40,338 bases of DNA from Vicugna vicugna. Taxonomy: Eukaryota. The position numbers and the translations under genes were made by a program. The stretch is from assembly GCA_013265495.1 (NCBI GenBank), contig MU058636.1:3955967-3996304 (forward strand), given 5' to 3'. Of the stretch, positions 24,147-37,935 are shown one piece after another (the first letter of the stretch is position 1; every line of letters starts with the position of its first letter). Below the pieces are notes generated by a model. It searched no databases. It saw only the letters and a list, made by a program, of their open reading frames with translations, and was not told the origin of the DNA.

Positions 24147-25649
24147 ACTGTAGCTTCAGAAATGTATTGACACTTGCTTAAAATGATGAAACTATTACTG
24201 CTCTCCAAAGCAATTTCAAAGTAAGATTAAACTGGAAACAATAAAGGAGAGAGGATAAAGTATCACTGGGTGTGTGTGTGTGTTTTTTTTAAAGTAGGTT
24301 CTAGTAAAATAAGGATTCATATACTATTTTGAAGACTCTAAAGTGTGACCTTTAACCTTAGTGCCAGGCACGGGTCATGCTTGGCTGGGGAGTTGCTTTG
24401 AATGAGGAACAGGGAATGAGTCCCTGCGGGAGTGAAGCTGGCAGAGAGGGAAGGGCAGGGTTCAGAGTAAAGGAAGAACCTGAGGTGGGGCAGAACCACC
24501 AATGAATTATGGATTCACCTTTAAGGCATCCCACAAACGCAGAAAAGAAAATTCAGAAGCAAGTTATGCTTATAAGGCGTTTTTTTTGGGTGGTGGGAGG
24601 TGGGGAGTGTATGGTGCAGCTGTAAATTTCATTTTATGGCAGATGTTGGATTACATTTCCCCTTTGAGGCCAAAAGGAGCCAGACTATTCAGAAACCTCC
24701 CCACTCTTCTGGCCTTCGGCTGAATAGCTTTTAAAGAGAACAGACACTTTTAATTCTGTTGCCGACTTTCGTGGTATGAACTTCATTTAAAACCTGGCAG
24801 AATTGCAGCCTTACAGATAAATGATTCTTTTTGCTTGTCCACAGAGAGTTTGGAAAATCACTATTTTCTTGAGAAGAGTTAGTCAGGCCTTGGCTCATTA
24901 GTTTAAAAAAAAAACTCATTTCCATGAGATAAGCCAGGAGAGTGGGGAGCAAAGCCTTTTACAGGTTGGTGCGAAGAAGCTGGAGAAAATGGCCTTGCAC
25001 TGTCTATTTTTAGACGTTCTGTATTGGCCAGGAGACTGTGAGTGCTTCATTAAAAGGTTAGCTTGGAGAGTCAAGTTGCTCTTTCACTAAACTTCCCTTT
25101 TTAGATGAGAGCAATTGGATGCTGAATTACTTAGTAAAATTTCATTTTTTGTAGTAATCCATAGGCATTAAGTAATCACATTAAATTGTTTGTTAAATTG
25201 GAGTTTTTAATTACATTGCTGTTGGATAAGAATTTATGCATCTGATGATATCTTTATGGGATATTTACTCACACACAGCCCAGGTGAGGTGCCCCAGGAG
25301 AAAACGGAACAGTGAGACCGAGTTCCCTTCCTCAGGGGGTTGCTCAGCGCCAGTGAGTTCTTCACACCCCGTCTTGGACGTCGACTGCCCAGTGGTTGGA
25401 CCCCCTCCCTCCCCGGAGAACTGGGACCCTGTGTGAGTCTGGTGGGAGGTGGGCTTGGCCCACGAAGAACCTCAGAGGCCAGGTGCTGGGTCCCCCCAGC
25501 TCAGAGATGGTGGCCAGTTGGACGTGGCCATGCAGGATTCTGAGTCTGCAGCCAGGGACCCAGAGAAGTGGTCGCTTTAGATCTCACTCCCCTGGTGGTG
25601 ACATCAGTGCCCAGTGTCTGGTGGTGACAGTGGGGACCAAGTGAGGAGG

Positions 25650-26400
25650 CAGCACACGTGTGTGTGGAGGAGGCTAGTGCTGGGGTGTGGACGGGGGTGA
25701 CATCCTGTGGGGCGACTGGGCGACCCTGCCAGTGAGTCTCTGGACGGACCCCCACCTCTGCCGGCCTCCAGGAGGCTCATGTTGCGGGAGACCCTCATGT
25801 CACGATCTGCAGCCACATCAGCCACGAGAACACAGGCCGGGCAGCAGCCAGCCCTGCCGGAAGGCTCTGTCCTGACGTTTGACCTGAGCTTGAAGGAACA
25901 GGAAGAGTTTGTTAGATCCCGCCTGGGACGACAGCGAGGACCCTCAGTGATGGAGCCGGTGCACCTCAGTCTCCCAGGGCAGGAGCCAAGGGGTCAGCTA
26001 CTCCGTGAGCTCACGCGAGTTAGTGTCTGGGAAGGCGGGGCTGCAGGGACCAGGGAGAGCCCTGAAATGTGGGGCCGGGTCTGCGGCAGGGACGGGTGGG
26101 AGCTGCCCCGCGATCACGGCGTCGCCGCTCTTGGCGCTCCTGCAGGGCGCGGTCAGGCTTCACTCGCCTAAGACTGGGAAGCCGTTTCTGTGACTCTCCC
26201 CGTCTGCAGCGAGGAAACTCGGGCTTGGAGGGGTGGAGCGACTTGCCCCTGCCGGCGTCACTAGTCAGTGGTGCGGCCAGGCCGGCATCTCGGTTCCGGT
26301 TCCGACCTGCTCCCTGACACGCAGGCGGGGCCTCAGTCGCCGGCCGGCGGCAGGTTGTGCGGCTGGTGTGCGCAGATTATTCCTCGCTGGTTAGTAAGCA
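25650..26400. promoter_or_regulatory. Intragenic GC/CpG-rich segment
   Basis: Visibly CpG-dense (e.g. cgcgatcacggcgtcgccgc, gtcgccggccggcggc) against AT-rich flanks. CpG observed/expected ratio not computed. Confidence 0.45.
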
Positions 26401-26494
26401 GTGGCCTGTGCTGTCTCTCGCTTTAGCTGGCTTTATTTTTTTAATACCATTTATCCTTGACGTTATTTTCTAGATTTCTTTGCTTATCATTTGC

Positions 26495-26622
26495 CTCCTT
26501 CGTTAGAACCTGAGATCCGAGAGGGGAGGGATTTGGCCCCGTCTGTTCATAGCTGTTTGCCGTGATCCTTGAACAGCGCCTGGCACGTAGTAGTTGCTCA
26601 ACAAATATTGTAAAATCAATAA
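26495..26622 (+). mobile_element. LINE-2 3' end (followed by an antisense MIR to ~26830)
   Basis: gaacagcgcctggcacgtagtagttgctcaacaaatattg is the canonical L2 terminus. Confidence 0.8.
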
Positions 26623-28644
26623 TACAATTAATAACCATCACGTTCAAGCATGTGCCAGGTGCTTGGCATGTTTTAAGTCCCTTGATCCCAGGAGAATTGT
26701 TTTCCCCGTGTTAGGGGCGAGAGGACAGAACCACAGGCAGGTCTGGGAACCTGCTCAGGGTTGTGTGGCTCCGAAGAGCTAGAGCGAAGATTCTGATGCA
26801 AGTACTTTGGCTCCAGAAATCGGGTTCCTAAATGCTAAGCTTTATCGCCTTTCATGAATGGGTGAATGATTGGTTAAAACAGATTTATATGAGCTATAAA
26901 AATGTACTTAGTAACGCATTTCAAAGTAAATAGTTAATAAAAGTAAATTATATTAATAATGAGGTAATATTTTTCTCTTGTTAGGAAATGATGGTTAATG
27001 ATTAAGACAGGTTTCTGGAAAAAAATGTGTTTTAATATAGGCTCAGATTCCTGGAAGGTTTGTTGTTATGGCATCACATATAATCTACTGGTCCATAAAT
27101 GAATACTGTTTTTTTTTAAAGGCTAGTAAATCTGTCTGATATATGTTCCTAACTGCATATTATACATCTTGGTTATTATCCTCATAAGATAGACCTACAT
27201 CTTATGGAAGAAATTATAATAATAAACAGATGTTAATTTTCATCATGATTTATTTGTTGGTCTAAAAGCTCAGTTCAGTGCCTAAGAACTATATAATGAT
27301 TGGGATTTAGAAATACAGTTGAACTGGAATCAGTCTTAAAACAAGATTTAGTCCTTCAGAACCTTTGCCTAACACTGAACAAATGTCTTGGCTTTTGATT
27401 TCTAATTTAGTACTTGGTCTGAGTAATGGGATTGAATTAGACCATAAACGCCTATACTGCCAGGCTTATATTTTAAATTAAGGTATGGACAGGTTACAAA
27501 TAGTGGGAAATAGTCTGTGGACAAAGGAAAAGGCCAACATCATGGAGTTACATTAGTTGAATCTTTTCCAGACAGAGGCAGAAAGACAAAAGTGGTTCAC
27601 AACCAAATTTGCCTAGTAATTAAAGTTATTTATGGTATTTAAAATATTAATCTGTTTTGATCCATGTTCAAATGTTGGCTTTTTCGTTCATACTATTAAT
27701 ATTTCTAGATATAAATTTTTAATGATCTCTCCCTCCATATTCAAGAATAACGGGCTCTCTCCATGCTGAAAGCATTTTTAGAGTGCTTAGCTGTGGAATC
27801 AAACCCCTTTCCCAAATGAAGGTGATGAGTATGAATAAGAACCAGGTAATGAATTAGAGTGTTGATTTTGAATTTGTTGGTTCTCAATAATTATTATTTA
27901 AATATGACTATGCCTTAATAAAACATGTTCAGAGGAAGTACTGCCTGAAGGTCCAGTGGGCTTTCTGACTTCAAAGTGCTTATTAGCAGACCATGGTCAA
28001 TGCCGATGGTAGAAAATAAAGGGAGACTTTGGATCAGTGAGACAAATAGCATTAACATAAGATGTTTAAATTACTGTGACCAACTTTTTCACTGTTCTCC
28101 TTGCCTGTCATTTACCCATATTAGATTATTTGTATTTTTAGCCCCTTTATGCTTGCCTCTGTTGGGGCATTATCTAATTGTTGGTAGAATTTTCCCCGCC
28201 TTTTAGGTTTGAAGTAGTAGCATGGTTTGGCGAATAGGCGTCATTTCGGTTGATGGCAGGTGCCACTGCAAGCATGGGTGCCTTTACTGTGGCTTTTACA
28301 ACAGAGGACTCTGTTGATAGAACATTTTCTTACTTTTTCTTTGATTTTTCATCTGAAAACTTTCTTATTCATCCATCCAATTATATATTAAAAGAACTCT
28401 CTTTGTATCTTAAAGTGCTGTAAGGTGGTGATGCGGCACTCTGAAGGAGGTCTAAGTCTTGTGGCGGTGTAAATAGAACAGAACATAAATTGTCACAACC
28501 ACAAGTGGTAAAACTGAGATAAGATCGTTTGATCATTTGATGGGAAATTTGATTGTGACCTTTTAAATTATTTTATCTTACAAGTGCTAATACACACGAG
28601 TATGTGTGTATCTAAGTCTGGGTCTGTGTGTGTTCATACACAGA

Positions 28645-28701
28645 ATACACACACACATATACACATATACACACATATATATACACATATACATATATAT
28701 A
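28645..28701. repeat. (CA)/(TA) compound microsatellite
   Basis: acacacacatatacacatatacacacatatat... is directly visible. Confidence 0.9.
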
Positions 28702-29619
28702 AGACAAGAATAAAAGCTCTTGGTCCCTTTTGAGGATTAGTAGGTGAAAGTTTATAAGTGAAATGGCTTAATCAAGAGTAGGTTTCTGAGCATCAAGGTA
28801 GGACCTATTTTATATTTTTGAGATAAAGGTATTGGCACATATCTCGAGAAAATTATGCACAAAGCACACTGGTTTATGAAATGTTTCTACTTGGAGACAG
28901 AGAGGTACAGAAAACTTGATTGCCATTTTTGTGTTCACCAACTGAAGCAAATATGAAAGCCAGGCATAAGATTTAGAAAACAAGAAGTAACGGAGATGGG
29001 AAAGATTGTAATCCACTAGCAATCCACAGAGTTTATTTTAGTCTAGAATTTAACTCTTTCTCTGTGCTGACTAAACTTTGCCTACAGCACTTTTATTGTC
29101 ATGACAGGAGGTTTTCACACGTCTGTCTTTGCGTCTCTGCCAGGAAAGGGCCCTCACAGCCTTTCTGCTGAGGTCACCGTCTGCGTGTAACACCTACTGA
29201 CATCACTTGGATAGTTCCTATAACTCGGAAGGGTAGTTCTTGTTTGGAAGCCAAATTTTTGTATTTATTTCTGCCCAAAATAATTTTTTACTTACAATGC
29301 ATTTTAACTTTATTTTTCTCACTCCTTTCCAGTCTCTGTTCATGTGTGAATGTGTCTTACACAGTTGGAATCATGTCTGTTTTTTCATTTAACATAAAGA
29401 AGTTCCCATGGTTATAATGTCTTCATTATTATAATTTCAGTTGCTACATAATTGCTCATTTGCTACTTACTTTCTTATAAACCTTTTTTTAGTATTTGCT
29501 GTGTTTCTTTTCTAGCTAGTTCATATCAGCACACACCCATAATAATTTGAAGGTTTTATGCAAATGTTAATATTACTAGTTTTCTTCACATATGATTTTT
29601 GTTCTTACATGATCCCTCA

Positions 29620-29765
29620 TGAGTATATATATGGCATCTATATGCATAAAGCATATAGCTATGTATGTATATATGACATATGTGTATAGCATATAGCTAT
29701 TATGTCTGTGTATGAGTGTGTGTGTGTGTGTGTGTGTGTATAAATATAAATATCTATACACATAG
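29620..29765. repeat. TA-rich low-complexity tract including (TG)11 at 29717-29738
   Basis: Directly visible. Confidence 0.85.
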
Positions 29766-30937
29766 CAGTTTTTGAAAAGACATTGAAAATGACTGCAAGA
29801 TTCAGAATCAACAGTAGGAAAGCCCAGAATTATATTGGGTAGCTGTTAATTCATCCTTTAGGGTTTGCTTTTTCTAACGTGCCACACTGTGTGATTGGAC
29901 CCTTGATTACTGTTTTTACATTTCATATTTGTACATGGAAGCTAAAAATACTATATAAAGAAATAAGGCTTATTTGAGACTCCAAAGATTTATATTAAAA
30001 ACCATTCTTTTCTTCCGAAATAATAAACTTATATGAACTTCAGGACTGGTATGGAATCTTCATTACTGTGGTAATGTTTCAGATAGTTAATCATTTCTTC
30101 TTAAGTCTTTTGTCTGTAACAGTTACCAGGATGTAGGTAGTATAAAACACAGAACATACTGAAGTTTGTTGTGGGGGGTGTTCAGGCGTATTAGATTTCT
30201 GACTTTTGGCTTGTCACAACCTGAAATTCATTGACTAGTGCTTAACTTCAAAGCTAACATTTATAGTTTAACAAATATTAGTCTCTTTCTTTATGTATGT
30301 GTCTCCATGCATATTCAACCATAGTTGTATCTTATTTCTGGATCTTAGTTCCTCCGAAGTTTATAAATTCTGAACTTCCATCATTATGCTATTACTGTTT
30401 TTGCCTTATGAACCCTTAGGGATTCTATTTCTAGTATACACATCCAAAGCTCTTCATTATGGTGGTGTTTCAGTGTTTTTAGGGCACTCTGAAAGTTGTT
30501 TTCTTCACGTGAGGTAAATTGGGCATTATACGCTCTTGTTGAGCCGAGGTGTTTTATTTTCCGTGTACTGCCGCTGTTGTGTGTACAATAAAAACTGTCC
30601 TTACGCCGCTGAGTTTCCCTGACTTCCCCGGGCTCTGCAAGTTTCAGGTCAGCTCTGGTCTCACTGAGGACCCTTCTTGGAGGTTGTGGGCCCTGTTTGG
30701 AGCCTGGCTGGTGGGGAAGTTGTGTGGATTCAGCTAAAATCCTTTGTTTCTAGTAGCTCCTGAAGAGAAGAAAAGAGAGAGTGGTGTAAAGAATAAAACA
30801 TCAGATCTTTTAAAATTAAAAAAAATATATATATATATATTTTAAATATCTGGTCTTAAATCTGAATCTTTTAAAAAAAAATTGTGGTCCTATTGCCTGT
30901 TCTGTTTATTTCTCTGCTTTGATGGCTGTTTCCTCAG

Positions 30938-31014
30938 GAAGGCCCCCGAGTGCTCCTCCTCCACCAGCTTGCCCAGCAGGAAGGCGCATGGACCATACTT
31001 CCGCTGTTACCGCA
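30938..31014 (+). CDS. B3GLCT: B3GLCT exon 5 (77 nt), [25 protein letters not shown](H)
   Basis: Acceptor tcctcag|, donor GCA|gtacgt. Resembles human [26 protein letters not shown]. Phase 0 to phase 2. Confidence 0.94.
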
Positions 31015-31388
31015 GTACGTTCACTGCGCTGTGTGCGTGACCGGCGTCTCTGCCCGACCCTTGGGGGCTCCCTGGGTTTCTTACTAAGAGGGGTTTTTCC
31101 TCGAAGTTAGGAAAGTAAAGGAAATTTGGACTCTGTTTTTCCTTCTCACTACTCCCTTAATCAGATTTCATGATGATTGGTTCTTAATCAAGAATAGCTT
31201 TTATTTTTAAATATGTTTCTCTCGTAAAAGATATGATGTCGATATATTTGATATTTTACTTGAAAAGTATCTCTCTTCTGAATTGCTGCTTGTCATGGAA
31301 AGAATTAACCTTAAGAACTCTAGCTGTTTCATAAACCCGAAGAATCCAGCTTTCCTATAAGCTGAAACTATACAGGAGAAAAATATAG

Positions 31389-31670
<282 letters not shown>

Positions 31671-31944
31671 TAACTTTGATTAAGAGCCTTTTCAGTCTAA
31701 TAAAAACACTTAATTTAAAATTTAAAAAAATGAAATAATAGTTGGCTATCTGGAAGCAATGTTAAATAATTCTCTTTGTAGTTTGGAGCTTTCAGAGGAT
31801 GGAACTTATAATGAGCCAATTTCAAATGAAAAAAATATCTACATGTGTTAGCAGTTTTAAAAAGTTAAAAACTACACCCTAGAGTTAAAAAGTAAGTTTA
31901 AGTTGGTTATTTCTCTTCGTCAACAATGACCACACATTATTTTA

Positions 31945-32280
31945 GATATTAAATATTTTTTGAGGACCACCTGTGTATCAAGGAGTGATCGTAGGGGTGA
32001 GGACAGACAAGGCTCCTGATCACCTGCATGGTACAGAGTCGCAGGGGGAGGACGGACTATGAAAGGAGCAATTACAGTTAACAGTGAGACACCTTACGAA
32101 GGGAAACACTGGGCTCTATTAGAAGCACAGAGCAAGGCCTCAGACCTGACCTGGGAAGGTCATGACAGGGAGTGACATTTAATCCAAGCCCTGTGGGATG
32201 AGTAGAGGTTAAGAAGAGGAAGCATTTTAAGCAGGGGAACAATATTTGAGAAGGTCTGGAAATGAGACAGAAGGCATCTT
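31945..32280 (-). mobile_element. LINE-2 fragment
   Basis: aaatattttttgaggaccacctgtgtatcaagg...gacagacaaggctcctg...ggagtgacatttaa...ggatgagtagaggtt...gcattttaagcaggggaaca. Confidence 0.7.
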
Positions 32281-34644
32281 ATGTGAGAAGGTCATCACTG
32301 TATTCATATTTCTAAATTTTACCTTGTGCAGATATGATGTCACAATTGGATCTTGTTTGGATCTTGTTTACATCCCAATTCCTAGCGCTGAGGGGTGTTC
32401 AACACTTAGTAGGTGGTCAGGAAATATCTGTGAAGGACTGCATGACCCTATAAGGACAGCAGGACAGCTGGGCTGCATTCAGTGTCTCTGGAGGTGTAGA
32501 GGCTACCCTGAAAATGTGTCCAGAGTAAATCAGGCTGTTCAGTTCTCTTGGAGAAGGCCAGGTCACACCCTGGTCACTTAATGGAATTCTTTACACGTGG
32601 AATAAGCAGAATTGGGCCCCTTCTGGTACCACTGGACACTCAGCTCAGCCCTGTTCTGATGCCCACTGCAGGCGGGAGTCGGGTTTAACTGGCACGTGGA
32701 TGAGGAACGGTGGGTTGGTTCTGGGGCCCTGCTTGGTTTGTTGATGTAGACACACAAAGTCGGGTAGCCGTCACCATTAGATTAATTCTCAAAGGCTGGA
32801 AAGTTTGTTACTATAATAAAACCACTAGTTTTCATGCCTTTTAAATGCTGGAAGGACCCATTATGATTTCTCTTTATGCTTTTGAGTTCTGGGAACGTAC
32901 AGATATAATTGAATGAGAAAGTTGTTAGGTTAAAAAAAAATTCCTTCAAAGGAGAGAAGAATTATGAACGTGTCTCATGCAGGCTTCTGAGATCATGCTA
33001 AGCACCATCTGTGTACTTCGTGCTGTGTTTTATGTCAGACGTTTGTTAGGCTTTTATGGTTTCCTTTGACTTGAGGAAAACTCCCAAACCCTTTTTCGGA
33101 TGTAGGAGTTTTAGTCTCCTCCTAGTGTCCATTTCGCCTGGAGGTTATTTTCGCATTCGCCATAGCTCTAATTCTGTACAGAAGATGGTGACTCACTGTA
33201 CTTTAAAATGAAAATTAGAATGATAAATCTAAAAGTTCAAAGCAAGTTCATGAAAAGCAAGTACAGAACAGAGGTAAAAATGAGATATTTTCTTCTTTTT
33301 CGAGCTCTACCATGTGGAAAAAAAAAATCTAGATGCTTTATTTCTTTTGAAACTAACATGAGGAAGTAAAAATTACATAATGTTGAAGTTAGCCAAACCA
33401 GTGTGGGTTTGTCCTTCTACCATAAAAAATTTTAGGAAAAAAGCATGAAACAAACCTGGCTTGATGTTGCTACATATGAACTACATTAAAATAATAATTA
33501 TATAATGCATTAGGGTTACCTGTTATTTTGTTTGATTCTGACTTTTTCCCTTCAGTATATTTTCTGTCATTCTTATTAAATGCAAATTTGTGCTTTTATA
33601 CACTATTTTAAATGAAAACCTTTAATCTTTACTAAAGTGATTAATCTTTGTTAAGTCGCCTTTCTAGGTGATTTCTATACATGTCTGTATCTTACTGAAG
33701 TCTTTCTGTTTTTCCTCACAATGTGCTTTTAATATGTGTGCATTGGTGAAGCGTCTTGAATTTTTTTATTTTTAATAGAGGTGAAACACGAGTGCTGGCA
33801 AAGAGTAACTCTGAGATACTAAAAAGGACATTGTCTGACCTACTCTTATGCAGTTTGTCTTGATCATAATTGTCTTTATTAAGAAGCCATTAAGAAAATC
33901 GCTAGGAAAGATGGGGAGGTGCCTCTTCACTCAGTCTGTATTAACTTCTCCCTTAGAGCAGTTTACAGTATAACCCCGCCACCAAAATAATGAAAAACCT
34001 TAGATGCTAGGTAATAGCTGAATACCACTATTAGTTGTTAAAACATAAAAGCGTGTTCTGTGTAAATACATGTTTGGAACGGGAGATTATGATAGTGAAA
34101 GATCAGTGAGAAAATGCTAAACTATACTGGTGTTTATGTTTTTTAACTTTAAGTAAGCTATATTTGCATAGTATGTTAAATCTGAGGATTTTCACATTGG
34201 TTAATGTTTAGTAGTTTGAGTTTTTCAAAAAGATGTTGAATTTCCCTCTCAGGCGACGGCTGCTGGCCTTGTAATTACTTCTCTTGCCCAGGGGTGACTT
34301 AATATATCCATGGAGTGTCGAGAGGAAATCCTCAGGTGGGGCTGTGGGCCCGGACACAGCTGGGTTACCGGCTTTCACATACGTTCGTTTATGACTTGTT
34401 GATGAAATGACCCAAGTGTGAGACTCTGGGAGGCGCCCGGAACACAACCGTAGGCAGAAGGCTCTTAGGAGACAGTCTGCATCCCTCCTGCAGCTTTATT
34501 TTTTGATAAGAAGTGGGGAGCAAGGTGGTGGTGGTTGGTAAGAGTGAAGATATACGAGGCTTTTAGTCTACAGGGTAGCTGATGTAAGTGGCATGCTGAC
34601 GTTTCCTTAGCAGCTGCCTCTGAAAGCTCTCCCGGGCTTGCTGT

Positions 34645-34960
34645 GTTCATTGAACACAGCCCTCGGGAACATCTGTGACGTGGTAGGCACCCTGGGGATA
34701 CAGTGGGGAGCGAAATGGACAGCATCCCTGGTCACCAGGAGGGGATGTTCTCGTGGCAGGGGGACAGGCAGTAGACAAACTTAAAATAATGTGTCAGACA
34801 GTAGTAAGTGTCTGGAGAAAGAGAAAGCAAGATAAGAGGGATAAAGGATAGGCTAGGGACGGGCTTGCTTTCCTGTATAGGGTGTTCAGGAAGTACCGCA
34901 CAGGTCAGGTCACATTTGAGCTAAGTGTGAAGGGACCGAGGGAGTGTGCCATGGGCGCCC
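34645..34960 (-). mobile_element. LINE-2 3' fragment
   Basis: taggcaccctggggatacagtgg...agacaaac...agtaagtgtctggagaaa...ggtcacatttgagcta. Confidence 0.7.
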
Positions 34961-34979
34961 TACTCTGATGTCAGGCGCC

Positions 34980-35350
34980 TACCTACCTGTCTGACAGGAG
35001 CCCCCAGCTCAGCGTGTTCAAGACCGAACTCCTCACCCCCCTTTTAACCTCTTCCATCTTCAGTCCCCTCATCTCAGAAATGGCTTCACTGTCTATCCAG
35101 TTGCTCATATAAAGAACCCTGGGGCTGGTGGTGGACTCCTCTCCCCTGAACCGCAGCTGAGTCTGCCTCCAGAATCCATCTGCTGTCCATCTCCTCTCCC
35201 TGTTGAACGCCTGCACCCTCCCGCTGACCGTGACTAGAGCGTCCCAGCTGGTCTCCTGCTCCCTACTCTCACCATCCTGACAATCCCGTATCTCTGTCAT
35301 TCAGACCACCTCGCCCACCTGCTCACAAGCTTGTGTGGTTCCCCACCCCG
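34980..35350 (+). mobile_element. LINE-2, left part of a split element
   Basis: ctcagcgtgttcaagaccgaactcct...catctcagaaatggc...tatccagttgctca...ggactcctctc...cctgctcacaagcttgtgtggttcccca. Confidence 0.75.
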
Positions 35351-35359
35351 CCTAAGAGA

Positions 35360-36635
35360 GATTCACTAGGTGTAGCTCTCCGGGTCGGCAGCAACCTCCT
35401 GCCACTGTAAAGATGCTCCCTTCTTTCATGTCTCCCGTTTTTGTTGAAAAGTTGTTCTATTTTTGCTCCTTTGAAAGAAACGTGTGCACCCCTCCCCGAA
35501 AACAACTTTTAATGTTTTCTCTCTCTTTGGGTTTTCAATCGACATATGTCTGTGGGTGCTTTTCTTTGTATTTGTCTTGACTAGAGTTTATAGAGCTTCT
35601 TGAATCTATGGCTTGATGCTTTCTGTCAGTTTTTAAAGAAGATTCTCAGCCTGTATTTCCTCAAATGTTGATTCAGTGCCATTGTCTCTCCCTGTCCTGG
35701 GTTTCCAGCATCATATATTGTAGAACTTTCATTGTGTCCTATGTTGTGTTTAAGCTCTTTTCTGTATGTTCCTCTTTGTTTTCCCTTTTGTGCAGCAATA
35801 AGGATATTTTTCCACTGAACTTAACCTTCCAGGGTCACTAATTCTCCCTTCTATTATGTCTAATATCCTCTTGAATTCCTAATTCCAGTTACTGCATTAA
35901 TTAGTTTTAGAATTTCCATTTGACTCCTGTTTATAGATGCTAGTTTTTTGGGGTAAAAATCTTCATCTTTTCATCTATTGTCTTAAACATTAATTGTAGT
36001 TATTTTTTAACTGCAGAATTTGATGTATCTATGAATCTCTCATTTTTCAGTTTTCAGCCTGGTCTTGTTTCTTGGCATGCCTGGTAATTTTCCATTAAAT
36101 GTTAGATATTTTATGTGAAAAAGAGGTTATGGATCATATGCTGTTCTGTAGGAGGGTTTAATCTTCCTCTGGGTTGTAGACCTTGTTTGGGGAGGTCTAT
36201 TTACAGACGCCCTTACTCCTGGACGCCTTTCTCCCTGGCAGACCCTTCTGGCTCCCAGAACTGTCGCTGAAGTCTTTGCTCAGCTTTTTAACTGCTGCTT
36301 CCGTTTGTTCTTGGTTTTCGTGCAGCCTGGGAATTGACGGGAAATTGCAGGCAAAATGCTGGGCTCCCTTCTCTGGGATCCCCTTACATCTCTTCCTCCT
36401 TGGCAGCCTCCAGCTCCAGCCTCTGTCTCTGCAGTCCAGCCGGGTTGCAGGAGTCCCCACCTGCTTTCTGTTGTGTGCTGTTCTCTGCTCTGGGACCAGC
36501 AATCCCTTGGGGTGAAAGGAGGTGAATATGGGGCTCCTGGGGGGCTCCGCTGCTCTCTGGGAGATTAGCCTTCACATCCCATTTGCCTTTGTCATTTTCC
36601 GATGCCCTCAGTCTTTGCTTTAACAGCATCTCCAG
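35360..36635 (-). mobile_element. Old L1 (L1M-type) fragment nested in L2
   Basis: T-rich ttttctttgtatttgtc...gagcttcttgaatct...ttctcagcctgtatttcctcaaat...gttttagaatttccatttg...ttcttggcatgcctggtaatttt is typical antisense L1M. Confidence 0.7.
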
Positions 36636-36639
36636 CTTT

Positions 36640-37045
36640 TAGAGATTGAGTCTGACCCAGACTCTGACATCTAAGCCCTGGTCTGGCTCCTGCGTCTCTT
36701 TCATACTGTTTCCCATACCCAGTCTGTTCCAGCCACACCGGGCTTATTTCTTCCTCGAATGTATCAAACGTTTTCTCACCTCAGGGACCCTGTATTAACG
36801 GCCTCACCTGCTCCTCCCCAGATTTGTGCACAACCGGCTTCTTGATGTTGTTTAATCTCAGTTCAGCTGTTCCCTCCTGAGAGCCTTCCCTCCCACGGGG
36901 ACCCCCAGTCACCCTGGTTCGTTTTTGTCATAGCACGCTGCGGTCACGTCTAATGTTCCTTTACTTCCTTCCTTACTCTCTGTCTCCCCACTGTGTCAGC
37001 TCTGTTCCCACCTGGTGTGGGATAAATGTCAAATGTTAATTGATA
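36640..37045 (+). mobile_element. LINE-2, right (3') part of a split element
   Basis: ccagccacaccgggc...cctcagggacc...ccccagat...cctcctgagagccttccct...catagcac...tctgtctccccact. Confidence 0.75.
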
Positions 37046-37480
37046 ACAAATAATAATAAATGGTAATTGCACGAATAAGTGAATGGATAAAATAGGCATT
37101 GATTCCGGGAGGAATTTTTCAAATTCTTCTTTACAAACATCAGTGGGACATAAAGGAACACTGTTTTCCTTATATTAATAGTATTTTGATATGGAATATT
37201 CTGTAAAATACCACTTTTATACATTTATAGTATAATGATGACTAACATTTTGTTTGCCCTGATGGTCTGATCTTAAGTTACTCTCATCATAGACAAAGAT
37301 TATGCTATATTCATTATCATATGAGTATTAATTATATTTTTGTTAAAATTCTTCAAAAAAAAATACATAATCTGTGCTTATTCTCTGTCACCCAGAATAC
37401 TTAGCTGAGACTCATGATATTAATTTGTTTTTGGTCTTGCATGAAATGGCTTTTTAAACATTTCTGTTATCTTTATTTAA

Positions 37481-37621
<141 letters not shown>

Positions 37622-37719
37622 TAAGGATTTATTAGACTTTCTTTTCATCTCATTTCATGTATGAATCAACTTTTATTTCCCTGAGTCTTGTAACTGATGG
37701 ATCTCGGTGAGGTTGCTGA

Positions 37720-37935
37720 AAAGCAAGTGGTAGAGTGGGGGCCTGCGGCCAGAGCCAGACGTGGGGAGCTCTTGCTTCTGCTCCGTCTCGTGCTGGGCCC
37801 CTTGGACTCACCGCCCAGCTGCTCTGAACTTCCTCTTACTCATCTGCAGAGTAAGGCGAATGATGACCTTGAGCCTAAGGGCGCACACGGAGGTGCTCTG
37901 GGAGCTCTGCACGTGGAGGCCTGAGCGCTACTGGT
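37720..37935 (+). mobile_element. MIR SINE fragment
   Basis: gagccagac...ccttggac...ctctgaacttcctcttactcatctgcagagt. Confidence 0.55.
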
